A DNA stretch of 61,409 nt, filler included, from Basidiobolus ranarum (GCA_040143965.1; 7 parts of 7 records of this genome joined end to end with filler, not necessarily neighbours in it); one strand, 5' to 3'; positions 12,952 through 26,582 are shown, numbered from the whole stretch's first letter. Program-made: numbers and translations. Notes: generated by a model from the letters alone, not told the origin.

Positions 12952-13597
12952 TTTTGTTAAAAGTAAATGAACAGAGAAGATTGATTCCCCTCGTTTACTC
13001 ACCCTTTTGTCTCCATACCCATTCCATTCCAAATCCCATCATTTCATTGGGGAGGGGGGTGAGCGATTACTAGGGAGGATTTTAGGGTCTTGAAACGTGA
13101 ACCTAATTTTTAAACGAATATAGAGTCTAGGATGGCTGAAGTTGAGCAAAGATTAATTCTATTTTTATGATACTCTCGTTAACCCATGCTTTTCCATTTA
13201 CACTAATGTATGCTTAATGTTAACGGAATACTTGACCTTTAATACTTCTATCGTCATCATATATTCCTATTCAGTGTTCATGGTGGGAAAGTTAGTTGAT
13301 CCAATGATAATTGGCATGTCTATCATTCCCTGAAATTCCCGCTTCACTTTCATGCATTTCCATCCGCTCGAAAATGAAACCGGTTGGTTGGTTGATTTGA
13401 CCAGTGATATTATACTACACATTTATCATTCGATTTGAATGGAATTTATTCCTTGGCTAGAGATTAGCACTGATGGTGCTCACCACCCTAGGTCCAATAC
13501 AGAGGAGTTACATAGTAGAAGGCATCTTGTGTAGGAGCAAGTGAGGTGCCTCATGATAAAAAGGGTTAAGTATATTGAATACCTCCCGGAATTGAAT

Positions 13598-16500
13598 TCA
13601 TTGGTCCAATAAAAAGTTCGTCGCCTTATTTAGATCATAGTCATATCTTTCGAGAGCCACTTGCGCTTGTTCTTGGGTAAATCCCATTCCCATCAATTCC
13701 CGTAGATTATTGGCGTGTGGGGTGTCTTCTTTTGTGGATGTAGCCGGTCGAGATGGAACAAGAGGCTTGCCTTTGGCCGGCTCCTTTGGTGTTTCCTGTG
13801 GAGTGGCAAAGAAGTCAAAATGGTCGATTGGCTTGGGCTGGTTGTTGAGAGTTGGTTCGTATGTACCAACGCCAGTCCCAAATATATCAGTAAATGCTGA
13901 ATTAGCTGCAATAGGAGCGACAACTGGGCTCTCTTTGTTTGTCGAAATAGAAGGTGAGAAAGTATCTCCAAAGATATCATCAAAGCCCCCGTTGTTTGCT
14001 TTTTTATCTGAATTGACTCTTCCATCAAATACATCATGAAGGTCATCTTTGATGAGAGTAGTACCACTAGGGCCATCAAAACCAAACGAAGGGAATGTGC
14101 TGTTCTGTATTCCTGGATTCATGTCCGACTGATTTGGCTTGACAGTTGAGGGAAGTTCCATATCATTAGAGATACTTTCGGTGGTAGGGAATTTGGAGTT
14201 GAAGTCAAAACTATCGAAAGAAGATTTCGTGTTGGATGTATCAAATGTGGTGTTGAAAGGAGTGTCGAATTTCCCTAGGTTGCCATCTTTGTTGACTTGG
14301 AAGTCCGGGAAAAAATTATCTCCTTTTTCATTCTTCTCTGTTCTGCTGTTGGTTTGGATCATGGAGGTACCTAGTCCCAATTCTTTGGTTCCAATTGTTT
14401 GCTTGAGGTAGGGATCCACTTTCCCATCTCCTTTGAAACTGGATGGACCTTGGGTTGGTTTAAATTCATTCTTTGGTGAGATTTGTTGAACTTGACTCAT
14501 ATCCATCTCTGATTCTAACTCCTCAGAATGTCCAGGCGAGCCAATTCCTTTATCTAACTGATCCAGTTTATTCCTTTCCTCTAAAAGTGGCTCATATTTG
14601 GTGGAATCCTTGACAGGATTTGGGAAAAAGATGTTCGGTGATTGATCTTTCACAGGCTTGGAAGATTTCCAAAACATAGGATCATCAAAGGAGATAGATG
14701 TACGCGACTGTGGCTTGGTTTGAGGTTGTGGCTGGGAAGCAGAGAATGCAACAGGCGATGAGAATGAGTCGACTGGATCTTTACTGAATGGGTTCTCTTT
14801 CATACCAGTCAAATTTACAGGCGGGAAAGCATTGTAAAAACTTGACGAGCTAGAGCTACGATCGCTGGATGGGCCAGGAATTGTCCCAGTAGGGATGTTA
14901 AAATTAGGAGACTTTGATACGTTTTCAGCAGCGATTGGGGAATACTGAGTGGATGACTTGTTGGCATTGAAACGGTTACTCTGAGAGTTATCCATGCCAG
15001 TAGGGTTCGAAGTCATACTAAACCCGGAGTTGATGTTAATCTTCTGGTGGTCATCAATCGACAAGTTCTCCAATCTTTTCTTTTCACTCGTAACACTAGC
15101 GAGTTGACCTCGGTTCACTTGGAGCAAATTCTTTTGTTGTCTATTTTCTTTGCTCATTTTTTCATTCTCCACTCTCAACCGCAGGATTTCTTCATTTAAT
15201 TGCTTGATTTTCTGTTTGATATCATTGCTCTCTTTCTTGTCTTTCTCCATCTCCTCTTCCAAAATTTTCCTTTGCATTTGTAATTGTTGATATTCTTTCT
15301 CTATTTTGGCGAGTTCTTCACGTTTGCTCACCAATTCTTCATTTTCTTTTCTCAATGAATCTTGAAATCCTTGAACAACTTTTAATTCGGCGTCATACAA
15401 AGTTTTGGTTTGAGAATATTTCGCAGCGATGTCATTCTTTTGGTTGGTGATATTCGCCAAGTTATTTTCCTGTTGATCACGTGGCTGGCTGCTTTCATGG
15501 TTGAATGTGTTTGTACGTGCTGTCTGACTCGAGAAATTCAAAATATCTCCTATGTCTGTGTTGGGTAAATTACTGGCAGCTTTGTTTGTTTCTCCACTCT
15601 TTGAGGGTTGACCTAAAGTAATATCGATTAATACTATCAGTGTGTAATCCGCTTTCAGGATAGAGCTATTCACCTTGCAGAGGTGGACTGCCGATCATGT
15701 CCAAACTACTGGTATTGAAGTCTAATAGCGAGGAGGACTGGGTTGGAGCTTGTGATGGTGTAGGTCCTTTGGAGGCACCTGGTACAAATCCACCTAACAT
15801 CAGAAATCAGATTTAGATGTGTTCAGTGCTCAAGCTCAGAGTCCAAACCAACTACTTACTCTGGGGCTTTCTCATCGCTGGAGGGATCAGTGAGCGTGGA
15901 AGTACTTGCGGCAACTCACTCCCGGATAGCTTCATTTGAATCAAATACATCGATACCGCAAACTCTTCACGATCAAGTTGTCCATTTTGACGAATATCAG
16001 CCAAATCCCTGATTAAACCAAAGTTCAAGACAAAGAATTCATACATTCATTTGTTAGTAACAAACACCAGTAAACAGAAAATATCAACATATTCATTTAC
16101 CAAATCTGGGCTAATATCGCTTCTGATAGTTTGGATCTCAAAAAGTATTGAACCGCTTCTTCTCCAGTGATATACCCTTTCTTTGTAGTATCAATGGTGA
16201 CAAATAGTCGATCAAATTTGGCTTTCTCTTCAGGTTTAATCGCCCATTCTTCTTCTACTGGATTATGGGAAATATACGGACTACTGTTTAAAGAAATCGA
16301 CCTCGGAGTCACATCTACCCTTTTGGAATTAGGAATTCTGACCGAAGAGTAACCAGGAAGCAGGTTGGTCGCTTCGGAACGTGAGAGCTCTGAACTGGAA
16401 TTACCTCCGACAATGGTGTTACTACGACCAAGAGCATTTGACATATCCATACTTGATCTCATACGAATTCCTCTGGCAGCGCTAAGGAGCTCAGGTGGTA

Positions 16501-17000
16501 ACTGAGTTGGCATCACTTTAATTTTACCACTCATAAAATGCTGAACAAAATACATGGCGATGCTGAATTCCACTTGATCTAAACGACCACGGTTTTGAGT
16601 ATCAGCAAGACTCCTAAAAAGAATGGCATATTTAGCAACCATTTAGTAGTAGTTACTTACTGAAAGTAACCTTAAAACTTGAAAGAGCAGTTCTTTGCCA
16701 TCCTGCTTCGGTTGATCAATAATGGTGAGAGGACTTACCAGATTTGACCCAAAACATCAATAGGTAGCTTTGATTTCATCAATAAATCTCGGGCTGTATC
16801 CCCTGGAAAAGCCAAAAAGATGTTCAACTTTAGAACAGGTTGTCTAAAAGATACTGTTATATTGGTTTACCATCCAAGCAACCATTGCGGGGTTTGCAAT
16901 TGTTGAATATCCTTGAATAGTTCGTTCGATCCTCTTCAGTAAATGGTACAAGTGAAGCGTTAGTGGACCCATAAACACTAGGGGAACCGGGGATACTCAT
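13598..17000 (-). CDS. EDE1: EH-domain endocytic adaptor (Ede1/Eps15-like): two EH domains, coiled coil, low-complexity region, C-terminal UBA
   Basis: KSKLPIDVLGQIW/SLADTQNRGRLDQVEFSIAMY and RSKLSEAILAQIW/DLADIRQNGQLDREEFAVSMY; C-terminal LMGMGFTQEQAQVALERYDYDLNKATNFLLD. Confidence 0.9.
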
Positions 17001-17512
17001 TTTTAAAAAAGGTTTGATACAGTTATGTTGTACTCGAAAGGAGATGGAAGGGATTGTAGGGTGAGAATGGAAATTGGTGGCAGGTAAAGACTGAACGTTT
17101 CTTAAGTAGAAATTCCAAAGGTGGATAAATACAGTGGTGAATTCTATCTGGTTTGACTGTATTTGGCTTGACTTGCTTACACTTAGGTTTCAAAAAGTGA
17201 ACCTAGTTTGGTGACTTCATTGCTAAGGCATAGAATCAATGCTTTTTTTCCGGCCTAATCAATCCCGATTTTGACGGAGTACATTCCTGTATATCTCTCC
17301 GCTCATCCAAATATCCGCTGATGATCTCAGAGCTATGATTAAAATGTACTGGTCATTAAGGAGATAGAATGGGCAATTTCGTGACGTGGGATTTTTTAAC
17401 ATCATTGCCAAATTTGCTTTGATGCCGAAGATTGTAACATTGACGAAACCGTCATGGATTAGAAAATCAAATTGCGGTGCAACCATTAGATCTGATTACC
17501 ATCAAATAAAAT

Positions 17513-17612
17513 NNNNNNNNNNNNNNNNNNNNNNNNNNNNNNNNNNNNNNNNNNNNTTAATTAATTAANNNNNNNNNNNNNNNNNNNNNNNNNNNNNNNN
17601 NNNNNNNNNNNN
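17513..17612. other. Artificial contig spacer
   Basis: N44-TTAATTAATTAA-N44. Confidence 0.98.
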
Positions 17613-18634
17613 AGGAAGTTTGAAAGAAGTAGAGATTGACTTTCCATCAAAGGAGCAAACCAAGATAGAGCTGCTCCTAATAATAGCACTCCCACTAGGC
17701 CTACTTTTGTTTGGTCAGAGAGGTAACAATGGGGATGTTACTGGATGTTGAGTTTTTCTTATTTGATATAACCACAATAGTTTTGGCAAGTGCCAGTGTG
17801 GAGCTGGATGCTGTACTTGAGCAAGAGAAGCACAAAGTTTGTGATTTTCTTGTTGTAGCTAAGCAAGGGCTTGCATGATATATTCCATTGTGGAGGCTAG
17901 TGTAGACATAATCCTTTCTGTGTTGAGAGGGGGGAGTTTTAAACCAACAAGCTTCTCTAGGAATGATAATCACAATGTAATGTCCAACTTTCTGTTGAAG
18001 AAATAATTGATGCCTTGACACAAGAATATGCTGGTGTCGACATCCTTGATCTTGATCAAGTACTTAAGCTTCTTTCATCAAACAACTGTAAATTCAACCA
18101 GTAGTATCTTGACAAGGATGCACTTAGAGCAATTGTTGAAAGGTGAAAGGTACCTTTGTCTTAGCAAGGAAGCTTGGGAAAGGTGGGCAATAAGAGGGGA
18201 GCCAACCCTGGGGGGTTTCAAGGTTGGAGAACTGGGATGGAGAGAGGTCTACCAGCAAGTGTAGGAAGTCAGATCAAACTATTACAATAAGGAACTGGAC
18301 AATGATACAAAGCAGAGAAAAGAGGCCAGAAAGCAGGAGGGTAGTTGGGTGTAGGCCACAAAGCAAGACAAGACAAAACTGGACAGGGACAATACTTTGG
18401 CAAGAATCCTTATTGATAACTGTCATTGGTCAGACTTCAGTCTGATCCTGGGAAATAGGGTGCTTATATAGATATTGCCAGGTGCAAAATAATATACTGA
18501 ATAGCAAATACACTGTTGCAAGTTCAAGTGTCAGGGTGTAGAGGACTACAAGGACCAAAAGAGAGGGGGATGAAGAAAGGATGAGCAGGTGACCTTCCAT
18601 AGAAGATCTTGGCAGAAATATACAATGCTTGGGA

Positions 18635-18816
18635 TGATATGATTGGCTATGTTTCAAGTAATTTTCCAGAGAACATGACTTCCATACAAGGTTAGTTGGA
18701 TGAGCTAGCACAAGATTGCAAAAGAAAGGATGGTGCATCAGATATGATGTCATAATCTAATAATAGAGCCGTTCCATTTGTGATGGATGAGTATGCCAAG
18801 ATTAGAATCATGACAC
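18635..18816. repeat. Dispersed repeat, similar to 26402-26582
   Basis: Shared blocks such as GAACATGACTTCCATA, AATCTAATAATAGA, GTATGCCAA and AGAATCATGACAC. Confidence 0.85.
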
Positions 18817-18974
18817 CATTATCTCTCACTAAGATACAAGTGGTAGGAGGCAGACTCATATTACAGTACATCCTAGAGTTATTCAATGATGGTTATTTTA
18901 CCCTTTGGACACCTCCCAAAATAGTTAAGATATTGCAATTACAATCGTTTATTACACCCTAAAGCAAATACTAC

Positions 18975-20330
18975 TACAAGATCATAGAGTTTAGGGTTGC
19001 ATTTAGATGGTAGTAATGTGTATTCCTGGTAGAGTAAACTCCATTGTCTGTCAGAATCTATAGCAAGATAGTGCATTCTGCTTACAAAAACCTCCAAGTA
19101 TACTATTAGTGGCAGTATCACCCATACATACATTGATCTTAGCTTTAAAAACAATTCACTCATTTAAATCTTATTGAATTACAGCTGCAATTCTGCAATC
19201 CAACAGTCCAAAAAGTTATCTAGAAACACTGGTGGTTTAGGCCCAGATATCATGCATGGTGTCAAAATGTTATGACTCTTACATTGTTTGGAAGAAGGAA
19301 GATATTAGCAAGATTATTGGCCAGCATGCCTTTCAAACAGTATATTAGTTTTGTGAGAAACCATCCAGAGCCATTCCCAATACATGATCATATGTGATCT
19401 GAAAGAAACCATGACTTTGTATAAGCTGATAGTATTATCCTTTAAGCATATTGGCAATATCATCAGCTCTACAATGTGTACATTGGTACCAGCTCAAAGA
19501 TCTATATTTTGTTCATTTGAACATTACTTCAAAAACAAAGAATCAAAAGGTATGTATTCCAAATATTAACTACATTCATTGGATTCAGTGATTACCAATT
19601 GTGTTTAAACAATACACAACTTCAGGTTCCATCAGCTTTATGATCAGTACTTTTGTAATGGATCAATGATCTACATTTGGGTAATTTTGTCAAAACTTCA
19701 AGATGGGGAATTAATGATATGCAAGCCAAATAGTGATGATATTTGCCTGATTCAGTAATTGCCAATTGGGTGCAAACAGTATATGACTTGAGGTTGTCCA
19801 GATCACTGGTGAAAGCTAAATAACCATTTGGACATAAAGATTGTTAAATTACTGAGCAATAATAGGTTGTACCATAGACAAGTGTTTTCCACTTGTACCA
19901 GGTCTGTGGTAAGTAACAGTTGCCAGTCAACTGAGGTAAAAGTGTAGGAAAAGCAATAAATACCTGCTTGCTAAGATTGGAAAGAACTCTCCACTCATCA
20001 ATAATCAAAGCTGCTTCCTGTACTGTAAGTGCTATGTGTGGACTAATGCTTGCTACAAACAAAGAGTTTATAACAAAAGCATTCCTTAATTCTTAATCTT
20101 CTGATGTACTACCATCCGTCATGGAATTACCAAGGTCCACATTTAGCTGCATGTCATCAAAGTTGTCTGGACTTACTGGTTCAACCAAAGTTACATTTAT
20201 ATCTATATCATTCTGGTCCTATAACTGTGGCAACTACAGAGTATCTGCACTAACAACAGTTTTACCAAAACTTTAATGCAGAGTATAGCTAATGCACTTA
20301 GTGAGCCAAACCAAAGCAGTCTTCACACAG
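18975..20330 (-). mobile_element. Decayed CACTA/En-Spm (Transposase_21-type) transposase, copy A
   Basis: LPQTWYKWKTL..SLCPNG, GMALDGFS, ISGPKPPVFLDNFLDCWIAEL match the Tnp2 motifs (CPN.C, DGF, PGPK.P..LD.FL..L..EL); frameshifts and stops. Confidence 0.8.
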
Positions 20331-20799
20331 TTACTGCTATTGATTTCCACCAGGCTTTGTGCAGCTGGTGGCTTTATATTGAGACCATAATTATGATTAT
20401 TTTTTCTATCAAGACTTTGGACCATGTAACACAAGAATCAGTGACAAAATGGCAGGGCTTATTTGAATGTTTGTATTATAGAGTGAGAAGAATATTGATG
20501 TAAAAAAATGAACACCCACTGCACAATGGTGGTAATTTTTGTACCCTAACCAAAAGCTAAAGAATGTAATTGTAAGAAATGCATCACAAATTTAATCCAT
20601 TTTAAATTGACTATTTACATATTGTCAAAAAATCAGTAAACTAAACATGAATTCAAGCAATTTTTCAGTTTCAGGAGAGGCACTTCAAGACCTTGCAAAA
20701 TAGTTGCACATGATTGGCTGCAATCTCAGAAACTTTTGATAAACATGTGTGAAAAAACCACAACTCAAATGCATATAAATTTACTATTTAAAGGCTAAT

Positions 20800-22480
20800 A
20801 TGTCATCTTTGAAATCCCTAGCTTCTTAGCTGTATTCTCCTTGATATTTTCATAAAATCTAGGCATCCAAGGTGTTACTCATATCAAACACAAGCTTTTA
20901 TTAATTTATGCATCAAAGCTCACTGTTGATGTAACATTGTTGAATCAACACTCTTCAGCTATCTGGTGGTTATCCTGCAATATGATGCTACTTGGTATGC
21001 AGCACTTCCCTGATGTCTACATGAACAACACCTGATAGAATGTTGTATTGAAAGATCTACTTCCAAAGCTGCTTTCTGCTTACTTACACTGTATGTTTAC
21101 TTTCATACATTTAAAATTATTCTTCAAGCACTTTCAATACTTCTATACATCCTTGTAGTGTGACACTATTCAGTGTGCTTTGCAATGTTTGGGTGCCTTA
21201 TAGCTTGCCTTCAAGTTTGGGTCTAACTTTGACACTTTGAAAAGTACTGTTTGGGGTTGTGGAGCCATGAGTTCTATATGCTGCTGTTTTAGCTTGTTGA
21301 GAGATACCAGGTATTGGATAAATCTTCAACTTGTGCACTCTGCCAACTGGTGCACTTGATATCATGGCAAAATTAAGCCTTTTTGCCAGTATATGTGCTG
21401 GTATATCTGACTCCAGAAGTACAGATCATCTCAATGGTGTGAAGAATCTGTTACATGGGACAGTAGAACCTAAGATACCGGGCTACTTTGCTTTTACCTT
21501 GGTTAACTAACTTTGTACTCCTTGAGTACATCTTTAGTTGCTTTTCTTTCCTTCAAATAAATAATCACATACATTTTTGAGATATTTCATGAATAAGCCT
21601 ACACTAGCCCAATTGCTATTAGCTTGCAAAAACCCAAGATAGCCAGATGTAATAAGTCAAGAACCTACTGAATAACACATGGTTATTGGTTTATCCACAG
21701 TTGATTCAAATTGATATGATTTTGGGAAAGATTCCATGCAGTTTCTACAATGTTGAACTATTTGTCATCCGAGAAAGTGAGAGCAGCACTGACTTTCAAA
21801 GTCTTTTATTTTGCTGATTTCCTATGAGTTTAATGCTTTTGTGTGCCCAAGTAACTTCATGTTGTTGTGGTGGCTTGATGGTCCATCATATATTCTGCTC
21901 CACTAGATTGTCAAGGTGACATTTATAGGTATGATGAGGGATTGATTTAATAATCATATGAGAATGGATAGAGGGTGCAGAATATTGTTCTATCTCAAGT
22001 ACTGCATTTGGAAGGTCTTGTACCATTATTGAGTAACTCACTAACTGATAACTAGTGGCTGCAGAAAAATGCTTTAACTGTAGTATTGTTGCTTTATTGC
22101 TTTTATGGCCTGTATAGCACCTTCATGGGCTTTATTATGCTTGTGTAACAATAATTACAATGTTCTACCTAAGACTCTCATGATATAACCCTTCTATCAG
22201 GATTATCTGCCCAGGGATGTTCATTAGTAGGCAAAGTGCCTTTTCATTGGCACTGAAATATTCAGATGAGAAATATGGTGTAGTAAAATTGCTAATAAAC
22301 AACTTAACAACCCAAATTTTCCACCCATCACTGGAAATATCTTGAGCAATCCCCAAAGCCTCATCTGCTACAATGGCTCAGAAGCAAATGTCAATTTTAA
22401 TGGGATATACCCAAAGTACCACCATTAAATCATGGTTGCTCTTTTTTCTATCATATCCTTCTCAAGCCACTGCACAAACA
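20800..22480 (-). mobile_element. Decayed Ty3/Gypsy pol remnant (RNase H to integrase)
   Basis: EALGI, IPG(ADN), AHEGAIQAIKAIKQQYY (integrase H-G..YYW-like), KLDPNLKASYK (GPY/F-like) in the expected order; heavily disrupted; boundaries approximate. Confidence 0.55.
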
Positions 22481-22559
22481 TTTAAAGAAGCCCTACTATT
22501 ATTGTAGAAAATTCTAATGATATGCAAGTGGCAGTTTTCAAAAAAAAATCATCAAAAGT

Positions 22560-23790
22560 ACTGTCCCTATGCAAAGCTACTAGGTGCACAAGGCCTGGCA
22601 AGGATCAATAGTAATAACTACATAAAAACAGCTGTAGATTGCACACTGAGTTCATTGGCTGTGCCTGACTTCAAAGTTTAGATAACACTGCTGAAGGTCA
22701 AGATACTGTGGAGTTGGCACAGTTATATGACCTAAATAATGTAGGTAGAAGTGCAAGTTTGGTCAAGCCAGTAAGTCCAGAAAGGCATGAGGTTGTATTG
22801 CCAGATGTTAACCTTGGTTATTCCAGCACTGATGGCAGTATATCTGAAGAAAGCAATGGTTTTGTTACAGATGCTTTGTCATTTGTAAGCATTACTCCAT
22901 TTATAATATTCAGAGTAAAGGAAGCAACTTTGATTATTGAAGAGTGGAGAGTTGAATCTAATCTCAGCAACCAGAAGTTTAATAGTTTTCTTACACTTTT
23001 AACACAATTGATTGGCTACTGTCACTTGCTACAAACCTGGTATCAGTGGAAAATACTTGACAACTGTGCAACTGATAATCATTCAGTTATTAAAATGTCT
23101 TTATGTCCAAATGGTTGTTAGGCTTTGACCTGGGATATGCAAAACCTGAAGTAATGTAGTGTTTTCACACTACTGGCTATCACAGAATCAGGTAAGTAGC
23201 ATTCAAACTTGGCATATATATAATTGCTTCCTTGTCTTACAGCTTTGATGAAAGCACCCTGATATAGATCATTCATCCAGGACTAAGTTACTCACCATAA
23301 AGCTGATGGTATTGCTAATATACTTGATAGATAACTACTAGCTTCTGGAAAATCAAGGTTTCTTTGAGAAAACATAAGATCATGCATTTGCATTATCTCT
23401 GGATGGTTTCTCTGTAAACAAATATACCATTGGTAAGGCTTGTTGGCCAATAATTTTAACTTAGATTTCCCTCCCTCTGAATGGTATCTCAGTCAAAACA
23501 TTTTCACACCATCTTTCATATGTCAAACTAAATATCAATACTTATAGATAGCTTCTTTGGGCCTCTATTTTTGGAATCTGGATTGTTATCTAACAAGGTT
23601 CATATATGATAATATTTTTAAAGCTAATATTGTTGTAAGTGATGGTGCCAATCCTGCCATTGGTAAGCTTGGAGGTTGTGTAGGAACAATGCACTATCTT
23701 GCTGCAGATTCTGTTGGAACAATGGAGTTCACTCTATCAAGTCTATGCATTACTACTATCCTAGTACTACACTAAGTCCATGAGTTTACC
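22560..23790 (+). mobile_element. Decayed CACTA/En-Spm transposase, copy B (inverted relative to copy A)
   Basis: LLQTWYQWKIL..MSLCPNGC, ALSLDGFS, SDGANPAIGKLGG..MHYLA; collinear similarity to the reverse complement of copy A. Confidence 0.8.
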
Positions 23791-23849
23791 TTCATGGGGC
23801 CAGTCAGATCTCAAGAAGCTCACTGATAGCAAATCACTAAAAAACAAGC

Positions 23850-24470
23850 TAACATCAAGGCTGGGAAGAGCTATATAAATCCGATTATATTGCTCAAGGG
23901 GGTCAGCTGGAGCTAGAGCTTTCCATTTGGCTCAAGGCACTCACTATTCAACATCATTCTGATATTAACTGCTCAACTGTAGAGTAGATAATACAATCTG
24001 ATTCAGCCATACATGAAAGGATCAAAGTTGTAATTGATTAGGAAAATCCTTGAAAATATCAAGATAATATGAGAGTTAACCAGAACTCCTATCAATATCC
24101 ATTAACCTGGGTGCTTGCTTAAATGCAAAGACTAGAAGCATTGGACTGGGATATTCTTTAGTGGAATCTTGAAAATACTTCTGCTGATAAGTGTTGGCAA
24201 TATTGGTGGTTGTTGGTGGATATTATTGATACACTCTTGTGGCATCAACTCCCTTTGGTAGATCTCAGGCTGATACTTCAACTGTGTAATTATTTTGTAA
24301 TCAATTCAGAATATCATAATACAGGCTCAAGGTGGATTGACTGTAACTATGCTTGCGTTTGAAACATTCCTGTCAATAACTTTTACAGTGCTCAGAGATT
24401 ATTGGTCCTTGTTATGCATTCTGGGAGTCTCTGATTGAGCATACCTGTGGTGTAATGATGTTCTGTGTGA
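23850..24470 (+). mobile_element. Decayed non-LTR (LINE) reverse transcriptase fragment
   Basis: KGV....SLFNIIL (RGV.QG.PLS..LFNI-like) and QGGLTV; DNA similarity to the reverse complement of ~51900-52250. Confidence 0.55.
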
Positions 24471-24489
24471 AATTATTAGCACCAACATG

Positions 24490-24852
24490 TTCTAATCTGT
24501 TTTGATAAAAGTTTTTAGGGGATTTTGAAGTGTTTTGGACAAGATTTGGATATGTGAATTAGAGACTTAAGTTTTATTGAATTGAATATGTGCTAACTAT
24601 AGTTAACTATAAGATAGAGCTATTTAATGTGCCTCAATTGTAAAAAACAAGCCTGTTAAGCATAAGCTAAATTTCAGGTGAGTTGGAGAAGTTTGAGAAA
24701 ATAGTGAAAATTGGTAAAAGTGATCTAACTGATGTTTGTATCAATTAGAGCAATAAATACATGTTTTTGAATGCCACAATTGAGTGCTAAGTACTCAGAA
24801 AATGAATACAATAAATACTAAGTAATCAGTTGTGATGTACCTAATTTCAACA
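24490..24852 (-). repeat. Probable 3' LTR of the adjacent Copia element
   Basis: On the minus strand a purine-rich GAGTAGGAA follows the RNase H stop and precedes TGTTGAAATT at 24852; distal boundary uncertain. Confidence 0.6.
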
Positions 24853-24859
24853 TTCCTAC

Positions 24860-26100
24860 TCAACTAATTATATGTATATCTCTTAAGCCTATTGTATATC
24901 TTAATAATTCAAATTTTGCTTTGGTTAAGATGTCAGCAATCATTTCTACAGAAGGGTAATAGACAAGCTCAATTATATCATTCTCTATTGCTTCTCTAAT
25001 GAAATGATGCTTAATAACTATATGTTTTGTTCTAGCAGGAAATGTTGGGTTTTCAGCTAATGAAATATAACTTTGATTATCTTCTAATACAGTACCTACA
25101 CATGTTTGCATAAATCATAAGTCTTTAAATGACTTCCTCAACCATGTAGCTGCTGGTGTAGTAACCAAGACAGCCTTGAACTGTTTTCTGTAGTGGCCAG
25201 TGTTGTGGTTGGCTGCTTCTTACTATTCCAAGTTGTGGTTCCTTAACCATAGAGGAAAGGGTACCCAGTTGTTGATCTTCTATCATCAAGGTTTCATCCC
25301 CAGTCTGTGTCACTGTAGACTTCCAAATTTTGTGCATCAGCAGTGCAAAAGTATTCCAGAACTAGAACTACAGTTTCTCTCAAATACCTGAATATTTGTT
25401 TTACTGCAATTTTGTACCCAAAATTTTGGATTGGGTTTATCTCTTTTGGATTCTTAGGAAATACCTTAATTCACCCATATCAGTCATCTGAAGCTAGTTT
25501 TGCAAGCTGCTTTTTTTCTGATTAAGTTCTTCTAGCTCATTTGTGGCTGTGATCAAGTCATCCACATATGGTGTTGTGATAAAGACCCCATTTTGGGTTG
25601 TTTAACCATAATTAACATGGTCTGCTATGCTCTTTTGGATTTCCAGTGATACCAAGTAGGTATATATCTGGTTGTACCATGCCTTGGGTGCTAGCTTAAA
25701 TCCATATAGCAATTTTTGCAGTTTACAGACCATAATAGGGTGTTTTGGGTCAACAAATTCATCTGGTTGCTGCATATGGATCTCTTCCTCAACATTTCCA
25801 TTCAGAAAGGCTGTTTTTATATCTATTTGATCTAATTCAAGGCCAAGGAAGGCTGAGTGTGCCAGGTTTGATCTAGAGGGGCTAAACTTACCACTGGAGC
25901 CAATTTTCATTAGAATCAACTCCTGGAGTTTGGTAACAATCTGTTGCAACTGATCTTGCTGTGCTCCTTTCTAATGTTCCATCAGCTCAGTTTTTGACTT
26001 TGTAGACCCATCTGCAACTGATTTACTTTTTTCATGAAGGTAGAGCACTTAAAATTCACATACATTGTCCTCAAGTGAAGAAGCCTCAGTAGACACTGCT
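24860..26100 (-). mobile_element. Decayed Ty1/Copia pol (RT + RNase H)
   Basis: QIDIKTAFLNGNVEEEIHMQQP, KLQKLLYGFKLAPKAWY, YVDDL, EDNQS, RTKHIVIKHHFIRE, MIADILTK. Confidence 0.93.
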
Positions 26101-26301
26101 TTTTCCTTAATTTTGGCTCCAGACACTAAAGTAGGAAGCCAATTGCCAATTAATTCATTATTTATAGATGACCAATAGACTATTGGTTCAATTGGTTTCC
26201 CCCTCTCCCCAAAGGGTCAGTCCCTTCCAACCAGGGGGGAAACCTTCTTGACACCCCAATTTGGACCTCACCTTTCCGCCCCCTCTTAGTGTGAGGAGGC
26301 C

Positions 26302-26401
26302 NNNNNNNNNNNNNNNNNNNNNNNNNNNNNNNNNNNNNNNNNNNNTTAATTAATTAANNNNNNNNNNNNNNNNNNNNNNNNNNNNNNNNNNNNNNNNNNN
26401 N
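26302..26401. other. Artificial contig spacer
   Basis: N44-TTAATTAATTAA-N44. Confidence 0.98.
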
Positions 26402-26582
26402 TGACATGATTGGTCAGGTTTCATGGAATGTTCCAAAGAACATGACTTCCATATAAGGTAATCTGGATGAACTGACACCAGATTGCCAAGAAGGGATGGC
26501 ACAGTAGATATGTTGTCACAATCTAATAATAGAAGAGTTGCATTTGCAGTGGATTGGTATGCCAAAATCAGAATCATGACAC
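26402..26582. repeat. Dispersed repeat, similar to 18635-18816
   Basis: Direct similarity to 18635-18816; lies at a contig start. Confidence 0.85.

Noticed and set aside
20800..22480. hAT transposase (SSDGW, TSWQS, LDPNLK)
   Set aside because: The order of Gypsy RNase H and integrase motifs explains the region better; the hAT-like words are probably chance
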